Of a stretch of 64,000 nt of DNA, positions 1-14,394 are shown piece by piece. Source of the DNA: Convolutriloba macropyga. Taxonomy: Eukaryota. The stretch lies in NCBI RefSeq assembly GCF_964194025.1, contig NC_134479.1, forward strand, positions 25,916,001 to 25,980,000. The letters are read 5' to 3'. The notes below the pieces were generated by a model. It saw only the letters and a list, made by a program, of their open reading frames with translations, ran no database searches and had not been told where the DNA came from. Each line of letters begins with the position of its first letter. Position 1 is the stretch's first letter. The position numbers were made by a program, and so were the translations under genes.

Positions 1-3000
1 CCGTCTTTCACCGCATCTCTGATAAAAATTCACTGCATTCGGTTTCTAACATTTTCCTAATTTCACAAGAAATATGATAAAAGTACATGAGAGTTGGCGC
101 AGTGGAATAAGGAGTTGAAAACATCCGGGAGGTAAGAGATTCTAACCACTTGTCAAGAAGTGTTTTTTTTGAATAATACCGAGAATGCCGTGAAAATAAA
201 TAATTCACCGCGATTCACCGCATTCGCTGCAAAAAGCTGTAAGAAATACACGAGGAAATTTTTTCACCCCTTTCACCGCATTTCTGACAAAAATTCACTG
301 CTTTCGGTTTCTAACGTTTTATTAAATTCACAAGAAAAATGATAAAAGTACATGAGAGTTGGCGCAGTGGAATAAGGAGTTGAAAACATCCAGGAGGTGA
401 GAGGTCCTAACCACTTGTCAAGAAGTGTTTTTTTAAATAATACCGAGAATGCCGTGAAAACAAATAATTCACCGCGATTCACCGCATTCGCTGCAAAAAA
501 GATGTTAGAAATACGCGATGAATTTTTTTCAGCGCTTTCATCGCATTTCTGACAAAAATTCACTGCATTCGTTTCTAACTTTTTCTTAAATTCACAAGAA
601 ATATGATAAAAGTACTTGAGAGTTGGCGCAATGGAAAAGGGAGTTGGAAACAACCAGGAGGTGAGAGGTTTTAACCACTTGTCAAGAAGTGCCTTTATAT
701 AATAATACCAAGAATGCCAAGAAAAAAAAATAAGTCAGCGCGATTCACCGCAGTCGCTGTAAAAAGATGTAAAAAATACGCGATAAAAATTTTTTTCACC
801 GTCTTTCACCGCATCTCTGATAAAAATTCACTGTATTCGGTTTCTAACGTTTTCCTAAATTCACAAGAAATATGATAAAAGTACATGAGAGCTGGCGCAG
901 TGGAATAAGGAGTTGAAACCATCCAGGAGGTAAGAGGTTCTAACGACTTGTCAAGAAGTGTTTTTTTTAAATAATACCGAGAATGCCATGAAAGTATGTA
1001 ATTCACCGCGATTCACCGCATTCGCTGCAAAAAGCTGTAAGAAATACGCGATGAATTTTTTTCACCGCCTCTCACCGCATCTCTGATAAAAATTCACTGC
1101 ATTCGGTTTCTAACGTTTTCCTGAATTCACAAGAAATATGATAAAAGTACATGAGAGTTGGCGCAGTGGAAAAGGGAGTTGGAAACAACCAGGAAGTGAG
1201 ACGTTTTAACCACTTGTCAAGAAGTGCCTTTTTTAATAATACCAAGAATGCCGTGAAAAAAAATTCACCGCGATTCACCGCATTCGCTGTAAAAAGATGT
1301 AAGAAATACGCGATGAAATTTTTTTCACCGTCTTTCACCGCATCTCTGATAAAAATTCACTGCATTCGGTTTCTAACGTTTTCCTGAATTCACAAGAAAT
1401 ATGATAAAAGTACATGAGAGTTGGGGCAGTGGAAAAGGGAGTTGGAAACAACCAGGAGGTGAGACGTTCTAACCACTTGTCAAGAAGTGTTTTTTTTAAT
1501 AATACTGAGAGTGCCGTGAAAATAAATATTTCACCGCGATTCACCGCATTCGCTGCAAAAAGCTGTAAGAAATACGCGAGGAAATTTTTTCACCGCCTTT
1601 CACCGCATTTCTGACAAAAATTCACTGCTTTCGGTTTCTAACGTTTTATTAAACTACAAGAAATTTGATAAAAGTACATGAGAGTTGGCGCAGTGGAATA
1701 TGGAATTGAAAACATCCAGGAGGTGAGAGGTCCTAACCACTTGTCAAGAAGTGTCTTTTTCTTAAATAATATCGAGAATGCCGTGAAAATAAATAATTCA
1801 CCGCGATTCACCGCATTCGCTGCAAAAAGATGTAAGAAAAACGCGATGAATTTTTTGTCACCCATTTTCACCGCATTTCTGACAAAAATTCACTGCATTC
1901 GTTTCTAACGTTTTCCTAAATTCACAAGAAATATGATAAAAGTACATGAGAGTTGGCGCAGTGGAATAAGGAGTTGAAACATCCAGGAGGCAAGAGGTTC
2001 TATCCACTTGTCAAGAAGTGTTTTTTTTATTATACCCAGAATGCCGTGAAAGTAAGTAACTCACCGCGATTCGCCGCATTCGCTGCAAATAGCTGTAAGA
2101 AATACGCGATGTATTTCTTTTCACCGCCTTTCACCGCATTTCTGACAAAAATTCACTGCATTCGGTTTCTAACGTTTTATTAAATCACAAGAAATATAAT
2201 AAAAGTACATAAGAGTTGGCGCAGTGGAAAAGGGAGTTGGAAAAAACCAGTAGGTGAGAGGTTTTAACCACTTGTCAAGAAGTGCCTTTTTAATAATACC
2301 AAGAATGCCGTGAAAAAAAATAATTCACTGCAATTCACCGCATTCGCTGTAGAAAGATGTAAGAAATACGCGATGAAATTTTTTCACCGTCTTTCACCGC
2401 ATCTCTGATAAAAATTCACTGCATTCGGTTTCTAACGTTTTCCTGAATTCACAAGCAATATGATAAAAGTACATGAGAGTTGGCGCAGTGGAATAAAGAG
2501 TTGAAAACATCCAGGAGGTAAGAGGTTCTAACCATTTGTCAAGAAGTGTTTTTTTAATAATGCCGAGAATGCCGTGAAAATAAATAATTCACCGCGATTC
2601 ACAGCATTCGCTGCAAAAAGTTGTAAGAAATACGCGATGAATTTTTTTCACCGCCTTTCACCGCATTTCTGACAAAAATTCACTGCTTTCGGTTTCTATC
2701 GTTTTGTTAAATTACAAGAAATTTGATGAAAGTATATGAGAGTTGGCGCAGTGGAAAAGGGAGTTGGAAACAACCAGGAGGTGAGACGTTTTAACCACTT
2801 GTCAAGAAGTGCCTTTTTTAATAATACCAAGAATGCCGTGAAAATAAATAATTCACCGCGATTCACCGCATTCGCTGCAAAAAGTTGTAAGAAATACGCG
2901 ATGAATTTTTTTCACCGCCTTTCACCGCATCTCTGATAAAAATTCACTGCATTCGGTTTCTAACGTTTTCCTGAATTCACAAGAAATATGATAAAAGTAC

Positions 3001-6000
3001 ATGAGAGTTGGCGCAGTGGAAAAGGGAGTTGGAAACAACCAGGAGGTGAGACGTTTTAACCACTTGTCAAGAAGTGCCTTTTTTAATAATACCAAGAATG
3101 CCGTGAAAAAAAAATTCACCGCGATTCACCGCATTCACTGTAAAAAGATGTAAGAAATACGCGATGAAATTTTTTTCACCGTCTTTCACCGCATCCCTGA
3201 TAAAAATTCACTGCATTCGGTTTCTAACGTTTTCCTGAATTCACAAGAAATATGATAAAAGTACATGAGAGTTGGGGCAGTGGAAAAGGGAGTTGGAAAC
3301 AACCAGGAGGTGAGACGTTCTAACCACTTGTCAAGAAGTGTTTTTTTTAATAATACTGAGAGTGCCGTGAAAATAAATATTTCACCGCGATTCACCGCAT
3401 TCGCTGCAAAAAGCTGTAAGAAATACGCGAGGAAATTTTTTCACCGCCTTTCACCGCATTTCTGACAAAAATTCACTGCATTCGGTTTCTAACGTTTTCC
3501 TGAATTCACAAGAAATTTGATGAAAGTATATGAGAGTTGGCGCAGTGGAAAAGGGAGTTGGAAACAACCAGGAGGTGAGACGTTTTAACCACTTGTCAAG
3601 AAGTGCCTTTTTTAATAATACCAAGAATGCCGTGAAAATAAATAATTCACCGCGATTCACCGCATTCGCTGCAAAAAGTTGTAAGAAATACGCGATGAAT
3701 TTTTTTCACCGCCTTTCACCGCATCTCTGATAAAAATTCACTGCATTCGGTTTCTAACGTTTTCCTGAATTCACAAGAAATATGATAAAAGTACATGAGA
3801 GTTGGCGCAGTGGAAAAGGGAGTTGGAAACAACCAGGAGGTGAGATGTTTTAACCACTTGTCAAGAAGTGCCTTTTTTAATAATACCAAGAATGCCGTGA
3901 AAAAAAAATTCACCGCGATTCACCGCATTCGCTGTAAAAAGATGTAAGAAATACGCGATGAAATTTTTTTCACCGTCTTTCACCGCATCCCTGATAAAAA
4001 TTCACTGCATTCGGTTTCTGACGTTTTCCTAAATTCACAAAAAATATGATAAAAGTACATGAGAGTTGGCGCAGTGGAATAAGGAGTTGAAAACATCCAG
4101 GAGGTAAGAGGTTCTAACCACTTGTCAAGAAGTGTTTTTTTTAATAATACTGAGAGTGCCGTGAAAATAAATATTTCACCGCGATTCACCGCATTCGCTG
4201 CAAAAAGCTGTAAGAAATACGCGAGGAAATTTTTTCACCGCCTTTCACCGCATTTCTGACAAAAATTCACTGCTTTCGGTTTCTAACGTTTTATTAAACT
4301 ACAAGAAATTTGATAAAAGTACATGAGAGTTGGCGCAGTGGAATATGGAATTGAAAACATCCAGGAGGTGAGAGGTCCTAACCACTTGTCAAGAAGTGTC
4401 TTTTTCTTAAATAATACCGAGAATGCCGTGAAAATAAATAATTCACCGCGATTCACCGCATTCGCTGCAAAAAGATGTAAGAAAAACGCGATGAATTTTT
4501 TGTCACCCATTTTCACCGCATTTCTGACAAAAATTCACTGCATTCGTTTCTAACGTTTTCCTAAATTCACAAGAAATATGATAAAAGTACATGAGAGTTG
4601 GCGCAGTGGAATAAGGAGTTGAAACATCCAGGAGGTAAGAGGTTCTATCCACTTGTCAAGAAGTGTTTTTTTTTATTATACCCAGAATGCCGTGAAAGTA
4701 AGTAACTCACCGCGATTCGCCGCATTCGCTGCAAATAGCTGTAAGAAATACGCGATGAATTTTTTTTCACCGCCTTTCACCGCATTTCTGACAAAAATTC
4801 ACTGCATTCGGTTTCTAACGTTTTATTAAATCACAAGAAATATAATTAAAGTACATAAGAGTTGGCACAGTGGAAAAGGGAGTTGGAAACAACCAGGAGG
4901 TGAGAGGTTTTAACCACTTGTCAAGAAGTGCCTTTTTAATAATACCAAGAATGCCGTGAAAAAAAAAATTCACTGCAATTCACCGCATTCGCTGTAGAAA
5001 GATGTAAAAAATTACGCGATGAAATTTTTTCACCGTCTTTCACCGCATCTCTGATAAAAATTCACTGCATTCGGTTTCTAACGTTTTCCTGAATTCACAA
5101 GCAATATGATAAAAGTACATGAGAGTTGGCGCAGTGGAATAAAGAGTTGAAAACATCCAGGAGGTAAGAGGTTCTAACCACTTGTCAAGAAGTGTTTTTT
5201 TTAATAATACCGAGAATGCCGTGAAAATAAATAATTCACCGCGATTCACCGCATTCGCTGCAAAAAAATGTAAGAAATACGCGATGAATTTTTTCACCGC
5301 CTTTCACCGCATTTCTGACAAAAATTCACTGCTTTCGGTTTCTATCGTTTTATTAAATTACAAGAAATTTGATGAAAGTATATGAGAGTTGGCGCAGTGG
5401 AATAAAGAGTTGAAAACATCCAGGAGGTGAGAGGTCCTAACCACTTGTCAAGAAGTGTCTTTTTCTTAAATAATACCGAGAATGCCGTGAAAATAAATAA
5501 TTCACCGCGATTCACCGCATTCGCTGCAAAAAGATGTAGGAAATACGCGTTGAATTTTTTTGCACCCATTTTCACCGCATTTCTGACAAAAATTCACTGC
5601 TTTCCGTTTCTAACGTTTTATTAAATTACAAGAAATTTGATGAAAGTATATGAGAGTTGGCGCAGTGGAATAAGGAGTTGAAAACATCCAGGAGGTGAGA
5701 GGTCCTAACCACTTGTCAAGAAGTGTCTTTTTCTTAAATAATACCGAGAATGCCGTGAAAATAAATAATTCACCGCGATTCACCGCATTCGCTGCAAAAA
5801 GATGTAGGAAATACGCGTTGAATTTTTTTCACCCATTTTCAACGCATTTCTGACAAAAATTCACTGCATTCATTGCTAACTTTTTCTTAAACTTACAAGA
5901 AATATGATAAAAGTACATGAGAGTTGGCGCAGTGGAAAAAGGAGTTGGAAACATCCAGGAGGTGAGAAGTTTTAACCACTTGTCAAGAAGTGCCTTTTTT

Positions 6001-9000
6001 TTTAATAATATCGAGAATGCCGTGAAAATAAATAATTCACCGCGATTCACCGCATTCGCTGCAAAAAATTGTAAGAAATACGCGATGAATTTTTTTCACC
6101 GCCTTTCACCGCATTTCTGACAAAAATTCACTGCTTTCGGTTTCTATCGTTTTATTCAATTACAAGAAATTTGATGAAAGTATATGAGAGTTGGCGCAGT
6201 GGAATAAGAAGTTGAAAACATCCAGGAGGTGAAAGGTCCTAACCACTTGTCAAGAAGTGTCTTTTTCTTAAATAATACCGAGGATGCCGTGAAAATAAAT
6301 AATTCACCGCGATTCACCGCATTCGCTGCAAAAAGATGTAGGAAATAAGCGTTGAATTTTTTTCACCCATTTTCACCGCATTTCTGACAAAAATTCACTG
6401 CTTTCCGTTTCTAACGTTTTATTAAATTACAAGAAATTTGATGAAAGTATATGAGAGTTGGCGCAGTGGAATAAGGAGTTGAAAACATCCAGGAGTTGAG
6501 AGGTCCTAACCACTTGTCAAGAAGTGTCTTTTTCTTAAATAATAACGAGAATGCCGTGAAAATAAATAATTCACCGCGATTCACCGCATTCGCTGCAAAA
6601 AGATGTAGGAAATACGCGTTGAATTTTTTTCACCCATTTTCAACGCATTTCTGACAAAAATTCACTGCATTCGTTGCTAACTTTCTCTTAAACTTACAGG
6701 AAATATGATAAAAGTACATGAGAGTTGGCGCAGTGGAAAAGGGAGTTGGAAACATCCAGGAGGTGAGAAGTTTTAACCACTTGTCAAGAAGTGCCTTTTT
6801 TTAACAATATCGAGAATGTCGTGAAAATAAGTAATTCACCGCGATTCACCGCAATCGCTGTAAAAAGATGTAAGAAATACGCGATGAAATTTTTCTTCAC
6901 CGCTTTTCACCGCATTTCTGATAAAAATTCACTGAATTCGGTTTCTAACAATTTCTTAAATTCACAAGAAATATGATAAAAGTACATGAGAGTTGTCGCA
7001 GTGGAATAAGGAGTTGAAAACATCCAGGGGGTGAGAGGTCCTAACCAACTGTCAAGAAGTGTCTTTTTCTTAAATAATACCGAGAGTGCCCTGAAAATAA
7101 ATAATTCACCGCGATTCACCTCATTCGCTGCAAAATGATGTAGGAAATACGCGTTGAATTTTTTTCACCCATTTTCACCGCATTTCTGACAAAAATTCAC
7201 TGCATTCGTTGCTAAATTTTTCTTAAACTCACAAGAAATATGATAAAAGTACATGAGAGTTGGCGCAGTGGAAAAAGGAGTTGGAAACATCCAGGAGTTG
7301 AGAAGTTTTAACCACTTGTCAAGAAGTGCGTTTTTTTAATAATATAGAGAATGTCGTGAAAATAAATAATTCACTGCGATTCACGCAATCAATGTAAAAA
7401 GATGTAAGAAATACGCGATGAAATTTTTCTTCACCGCTTTTCACCGCATTTCTGATAAAAATTCACTGCACTCAGTTTCTAACATTTTCTTAAATTCACA
7501 AGAAATATGATAAAAGTACATGAGAGTTGGCGCAGTGAAATAAGGAATTGAAAACATCCAGGAGGTGGGAGGTCTTATCCACTTGTTAAGAAGCGTCTTT
7601 TTTTAAATAATACCGAGAATGCCGTGAAAATAAATAATTCACCGCGATTCACCGCATTCGCTGCAAAAAGATGTAAGAAATACGCGATGAAATTTTTTCA
7701 CCGCTTTTCACCGCATTTCTGACAAAAATTCACTGCATTCGTTTCTAACTTTTTCTTAAATTCACAAGAAATATGAAAAAAGTACATGAGAGTTGGCGCA
7801 GTGGAATAAGGAGTTGAAAACGTCCAGGAGGTGAGAGGTCCTAACCACTTGTCAAGAAGTGTCTTTTTTTTAAATAATACCGAGAATGCCGTGAAAATAA
7901 ATAATTCACCGCGATTCGCCGCATTCGCTGCAAAAAGATATAAGAAGTACGCGATGAAATTTTTTTTCACCGTCTTTCACCGCATCTCTGATAAAAATTC
8001 ACTGCATTCGGTTGCTAACGTTTTCCTAAATTCACAAGATTTATGTTAAAAGTACATGAGAGTTGGCGCAGTGGAAAAGGGAGTTGGAAACAACCAGGAG
8101 GTGAGAGGTTTTAACCACTTGTCAAGAGGTGCCTTTTTAATAATACCAAGAATGCCGTGAAAAAAAATAATTCACTGCGATTCACCGCATTCGCTGTAAA
8201 AAGATGTAAGAAATACGCGATGAAATTTTTTTCACCGTCTTTCACCGCATCTCTGATAAAAATTCACTGCACTCGTTTTCTAACGTTTTCCTAAATTCAC
8301 AAGAAATATGAAAAAAAAGTACATGAGAGTTGGCGCAGTGGAATAAGGATTCAAAAACATCCAGGAGGTAAGAAGTTCTAACCACTTGTCAAGAAGTGTT
8401 TTTTTAATAATACCGAGAATGCCGTGAAAATAAATAATTCACCGCGATTCACCGCATTCGCTGCAAAAAGATGTAAGAAATACGCGATGAATTTTTTTCA
8501 CCGCCTTTCAACGCATTTCTGACAAAAATTCACTGCTTTCGGTTTCTAACGTTTTATTAAATTACAAGAAATTTGGCTTAGTGGGATAAGGAGTTGAAAA
8601 CATTCAGGAGGTGTAGGTCCTAACCATTTGTCAATAAGTGTCTTTTTCTTAAATAATACCGAGAATGCCGTGAAAATAAATAATTCACCGCGATTCACCG
8701 CAATCGCTGCAAAAAGATGTAAGAAATACGCGATGAAATTCTTTTCACCCATTTTCACCGCATTTCTGACAAAAATTCACAGCATTCGATTCTAACTTTT
8801 TCTTAAACTCACAAGAAATATGATAAAAGTACATGAGAGTTGGCGCAGTGGAAAAAGGAGTTGGAAACTTCCAGGAGGTGAGAAGTTTTAACCACTTGTC
8901 AAGAAGTGCCTTTTTTAATAATACCGAGAATGTCGTATAAATAAATAATTCACCGCGATTCACCGCAATCGCTGTAAAAAGATGTAAGAAATACGCGATG

Positions 9001-12000
9001 AAATTTTTTTCAACGCTTTTCACCGCGTTTCTGATAAAAATTCACTGCATTCGGTTTCTAACATTTTCTTAAATTCACAAGAAATATGATAAAAGTACAT
9101 GAGAGTTGGCGCAGTGGAATAAGGAGTTGAAAATCTCCAGGAGGTGAAAGGTCTTAATCACTTGTTAAGAAGTGTCTTTTTTTAATAATACCGAGAATGC
9201 CGTGAAAATAAATAATTCACCGTGATTCACCGCATTGGCTGCAAAAAGATGTAAGAAATACGCGATGAATTTTTTTTCACCGCTTTTCACCGCATTTCTG
9301 ACAAAAATTCACTGCATTTGTTTCTAACTTTTTCTTAAATTCACAAGAAATATGATAAAAGTACATGAGAGTTGGCGCAGTGGAATAAGGAGTTGAAAAC
9401 GTCCAGGAGGTGAGAGGTCCTAACCACTTGTCAAGAAGTGTCTTTTTTTAAATAATACCGAGAATGCCGTGAAAATAAATAATTCACCGCGATTCACCGC
9501 ATTCGCTGACAAAAAGATGTAAGAAATAGGCGATGAATTTTTTTTCACCGCTTTTCACCGCATTTCTGACAAAGATTCACTGCATTCGTTTCTAACTTTT
9601 CCTTAAATTCACAAGAAATATGATAAAAGTACATGAGAGTTGGCGCAGTGGAAAAATGAGTTGGAAACTTCCAGGAGGTGAGAAGTTTTAACCACTTGTC
9701 AAGAAGTGCCTTTTTTAATAATACCGAGAATGTCGTATAAATAAATAATTCACCGCGATTCACCGCAATCGCTGTAAAAAGATGTAAGAAATACGCGATG
9801 AAATTTTTTTCAACGCTTTTCACCGCGTTTCTGATAAAAATTCACTGCATTCGGTTTCTAACATTTTCTTATATTCACAAGAAATATGATAAAAGTACAT
9901 GAGAGTTGGCGCAGTGGAATAAGGAGTTGAAAACGTCCAGGAGGTGAGAGGTCCTAACCAGTTGTCAAGAAGTGTCTTTTTTTAAATAATACCGAGAATG
10001 CCGTGAAAATAAATAATTCACCGCGATTCACCGCATTGGCTGCAAAAAGATGTAAGAAATACGCGATGAATTTTTTTTCACCGCTTTTCACCGCATTTCT
10101 GACAAAAATTCACTGCATTTGTTTCTAACTTTTTCTTAAATTCACAAGAAATATGATAAAAGTACATGAGAGCTGGCGCAGTGGAATAAGGAGTTGAAAA
10201 CGTCCAGGAGGTGAGAGGTCCTAACCACTTGTCATGAAGTGTCTTTTTTTAAATAATACCGAGAATGCCGTGAAAATAAATAATTCACCGCGATTCACCG
10301 CATTCGCTGCAAAAAGATGTAAGAAATAGGCAATGAATTTTTTTTCACCGCTTTTCACCGCATTTCTGACAAAGATTCACTGCATTCGTTTCTAACTTTT
10401 CCTTAAATTCACAAGAAATATGATAAAAGTACATGAGAGTTGGCGCAGTGGAAAAAGGAGTTGGAAACATCCAGGAGGTGAGAAGTTTTAACCACTTGTC
10501 AAGAAGTGCCTTTTTTAATAATACCGAGAATGTCGTGAAAATAAATAATTCACCGCGATTCACCGCATTCGCTGTAAAAAGATGTAAGGAATACGCGATG
10601 AAATTTTTCTTCACCGCCTTTCACCGCATTTGTGATAAAAATTCACTGCATTCGGTTTCTAACGTTTTCTTAAATTCACAAGAAATATGATAAAGTACAT
10701 GAGAGTTGGCGCAGTGGAAAAAGGAGTTGGAAACATCCAGGAGGTGAGAGGTTTTAACCACTTGTCAAGAAGTGTCTTTTTTAAATAATACCGAGAATGC
10801 CGTGAAAATAAATAATTCACCGCGATTCACCGCATTCGCTGCAAAAAGATGTAAGAAATACGCGATGAACTTTTTTTCACCGCTTTTCACCGCATTTCTA
10901 ACAAAGATTCACTGCATTCGTTTCTAACTTTTCCTTAAATTCACAAGAAATATGATAAAAGTACATGTGAGTTGGTGCAGTGGAAAAAGGAGTTGGAAAC
11001 ATCCAGGAGGTGAGAGGTTTTAACCACTTGTCAAGAAGTGTCTTTTTTTAAATAATAGCGAGAATGCCGTGAAAATAAATAATTCACCGCGATTCACCGC
11101 ATTCGCTGCAAAAAGATGTAAGAAATACGCGATGAATTTTTTTTCACCGCTTTTCACCGCATTTCTGACAAAGATTCACTGCATTCGTTTCTAACTTTTC
11201 CTTAAATTCACAAGAAATATGATTAAAGTACATGAGAGTTGGCGCAGTGGAATAAGGAGTTGAAAACATCCAGGAGGTAAGAGGTTCTAACCACTTGTCA
11301 AGAAGTGTCTTTTTTAATAATAGGGAGAATGCCGTGAAAATAAACAATTCACCGCGATTCACCGCATTCGCTGCAAAAAGATGTAAGAAATGCGCGATGA
11401 ATTTTTTTCACCGCCTTTCACCGCATTTCTGACAAAAATTCACTTCATTCGGTTTCTAACGTTTTCTTAAATTCACAAGAAATATGATAAAAGTACATGA
11501 GAGTTGGCGCAGTGGAATATGGAGTTGAAAACGTCCAGGAGGTGAGAGGTCCTAACCACTTGTCAAGAAGTGTCTTTTTTTAAATAAAACCGAGAATGCC
11601 GTGAAAATAAATAATTCACCGCGATTCACCGCATTCGCTGCAAAAAGATGTAAGAAAAACGCGATGAACTTTTTTTCACCGCTTTTCGCCGCATTTCTAA
11701 CAAAGATTCACTGCATTCGTTTCTAACTTTTCCTTAAATTCACAAGAAATATGATAAAAGTACATGTGAGTTGGTGCAGTGGAAAAAGGAGTTGGAAACA
11801 TCCAGGAGGTGAGAGGTTTTAACCACTTGTCAAGAAGTGTCTTTTTTTAAATAATACCGAGAATGCCGTGAAAATAAATATTTCACCGCGATTCACCGCA
11901 TTCGCTGCAAAAAGATGTAAGAAATACGCGATGAATTTTTTTTCACCGCTTTTCACCGCATTTCTGACAAAGATTCACTGCATTCGTTTCTAACTTTTCC

Positions 12001-14390
12001 TTAAATTCACAAGAAATATGATTAAAGTACATGAGAGTTGGCGCAGTGGAATAAGGAGTTGAAAACGTCCAGGAGGTGAGAGGTCCTAAACACTTGTCAA
12101 GAAGTGTCTTTTTTTAAATAAAACCGAGAATGCCGTGAAAATAAATAATTCACCGCGATTCACCGCATTCGCTGCAAAAAGATGTAAGAAATACGCGATG
12201 AACTTTTTTTCACCGCTTTTCACCGCATTTCTAACAAAGATTCACTGCATTCGTTTCTAACTTTTCCTTAAATTCACAAGAAATATGATAAAAGTACATG
12301 TGAGTTGGTGCAGTGGAAAAAGGAGTTGGAAACATCCAGGAGGTGAGAAGTTTTAACCACTTGTCAAGAAGTGCCTTTTTTTTAATAATACCGAGAATGT
12401 CGTGAAAATAAATATTCCACCGCGATTCACCGCATTCGCTGTAAAAAGATGTAAGGAACACATGATGAAATTTTTCTTCACCGCCTTTCACCGCATTTGT
12501 GATAAAAATTCACTGCATTCGGTTTCTAACGTTTTCTTAAATTCACAAGAAATATGATAAAGTACATGAGAGTTGGCGCAGTGGAAAAAGGAGTTGGAAA
12601 CATCCAGGAGGTGAGAGGTTTTAACCACTTGTCAAGAAGTGCTTTTTTTCTTTTTTTAATAATAGCAAGAATGCCGTAAAGATAAAAAATTCACCGCGAT
12701 TCACCGCATTCGCTGTAAAATAAGTAGGAAATACGCGATGAAATTTTTGTTCACCGCCTTTCACCGCATTTCTTATAAAAATTCACTGCATTCGGTTTCT
12801 AACGTTTTCTTAAATTCGTAAGAAATATGATAAAAGTACATGAGAGTTGGCGCAGTGGAATAAGGAGTTGAAAACATCCAGGAGGTAAGAGGTTCTAACC
12901 ACTTGTCAAGAAGTGTCTTTTTTAATAATAGGGAGAATGCCGTGAAAATAAACAATTCACCGCGATTCACCGCATTCGCGGTAAAAAGATGTAGGAAATA
13001 CGCGATGAAATTTTTGTTCACCGCCTTTCACCGCATTTCTTATAAAAATTCCTTGCATTCGGTTTCTAACGTTTTCTTAAATTCTTAAGAAATATGATAA
13101 AAGTACATGAGAGTGGGCGCAGTGGAATAAGGAGTTGAAAACATCCAGGAGGTAAGAGGTCCTAAACACTTGTCAAGAAGTGTCTTTTTTTAAATAAAAC
13201 CGAGACAGCCGTGAAAATAAATAATTCACCGCGATTCACCGCATTCGCTGCAAAAAGATGTAAGAAATACGCGATGAACTTTTTTTCACCGCTTTTCAAC
13301 GCATTTCTAACAAAGATTCACTGCATTCGTTTCTAACTTTTCCTTAAATTCACAAGAAATATGATAAAAGTACATGTGAGTTGGTGCAGTGGAAAAAGGA
13401 GTTGGAAACATCCAGGAGGTGAGAAGTTTTAACCACTTGTCAAGAAGTGCCTTTTTTTTAATAATACCGAGAATGTCGTGAAAATAAATATTTCACCGCG
13501 ATTCACCGCATTCGCTGTAAAAAGATAAAAGGAACACATGATGAAATTTTTCTTCACCGCCTTTCACCGCATTTGTGATAAAAATTCACTGCATTCGGTT
13601 TCTAACGTTTTCTTAAATTCACAAGAAATATGATAAAGTACATGAGAGTTGGCGCAGTGGAAAAAGGAGTTGGAAACATCCAGGAGGTGAGAGGTTTTAA
13701 CCACTTGTCAAGAAGTGCTTTTTTTTCTTTTTTTAATAATAGCGAGAATGCCGTGAAGATAAAAAATTCACCGCGATTCACCGCATTCGCTGTAAAAAGA
13801 TGTAGGAAATACGCGATGAAATTTTTGTTCACCGCCTTTCACCGCATTTCTTATAAAAATTCACTGCATTCGGTTTCTAACGTTTTCTTAAATTCGTGAG
13901 AAATATGATAAAAGTACATGAGAGTTGGCGCAGTGGAATAAGGAGTTGAAAACATCCAGGAGGTAAGAGGTTCTAACCACTTGTCAAGAAGTGTCTTTTT
14001 TAATAATAGGGAGAATGCCGTGAAAATAAACAATTCACCGCGATTCACCGCATTCGCTGCAAAAAGATGTAAGAAATGCGCGATGAATTTTTTTTCACCG
14101 CCTTTCACCGCATTTCTGACAAAAATTCACTTCATTCGGTTTCTAACGTTTTCTTAAATTCACAAGAAATATGATAAAAGTACATGAGAGTTGGCGCAGT
14201 GGAATAAGGAGTTGAAAACATCCAGGAGGTAAGATGTTCTAACCACTTGTCAAGAAGTGTCTTTTTTTAATAATACCGAGAATGCCGTGAAAATAATTAA
14301 TTCACCGCGATTCACCGCATTCGCTGCAAAAAGATGGAAGAAATACGCGATGAATTTTTTTCACTGTCTTTCACCGCATATCTGACGAAA
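1..14390. repeat. Tandem satellite DNA array, ~265-bp monomer, ~54 copies (continues off left edge)
   Basis: Monomer (...TTCACAAGAAATATGATAAAAGTACATGAGAGTTGGCGCAGTGGAA...AACCACTTGTCAAGAAGTG...TTCACCGCGATTCACCGCATTCGCTG...) recurs every ~264-270 bp; near-identical short ORFs recur at multiples of this period. Confidence 0.98.
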
Positions 14391-14394
14391 ATTT

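Noticed and set aside
1-14390. Dozens of similar 60-126 aa ORFs on both strands
   Set aside because: Translations of the satellite monomer; frames are broken by variable homopolymer lengths
1-14390. CRISPR-like array
   Set aside because: The whole monomer repeats with no unique spacers, there are no cas genes, and the context is eukaryotic
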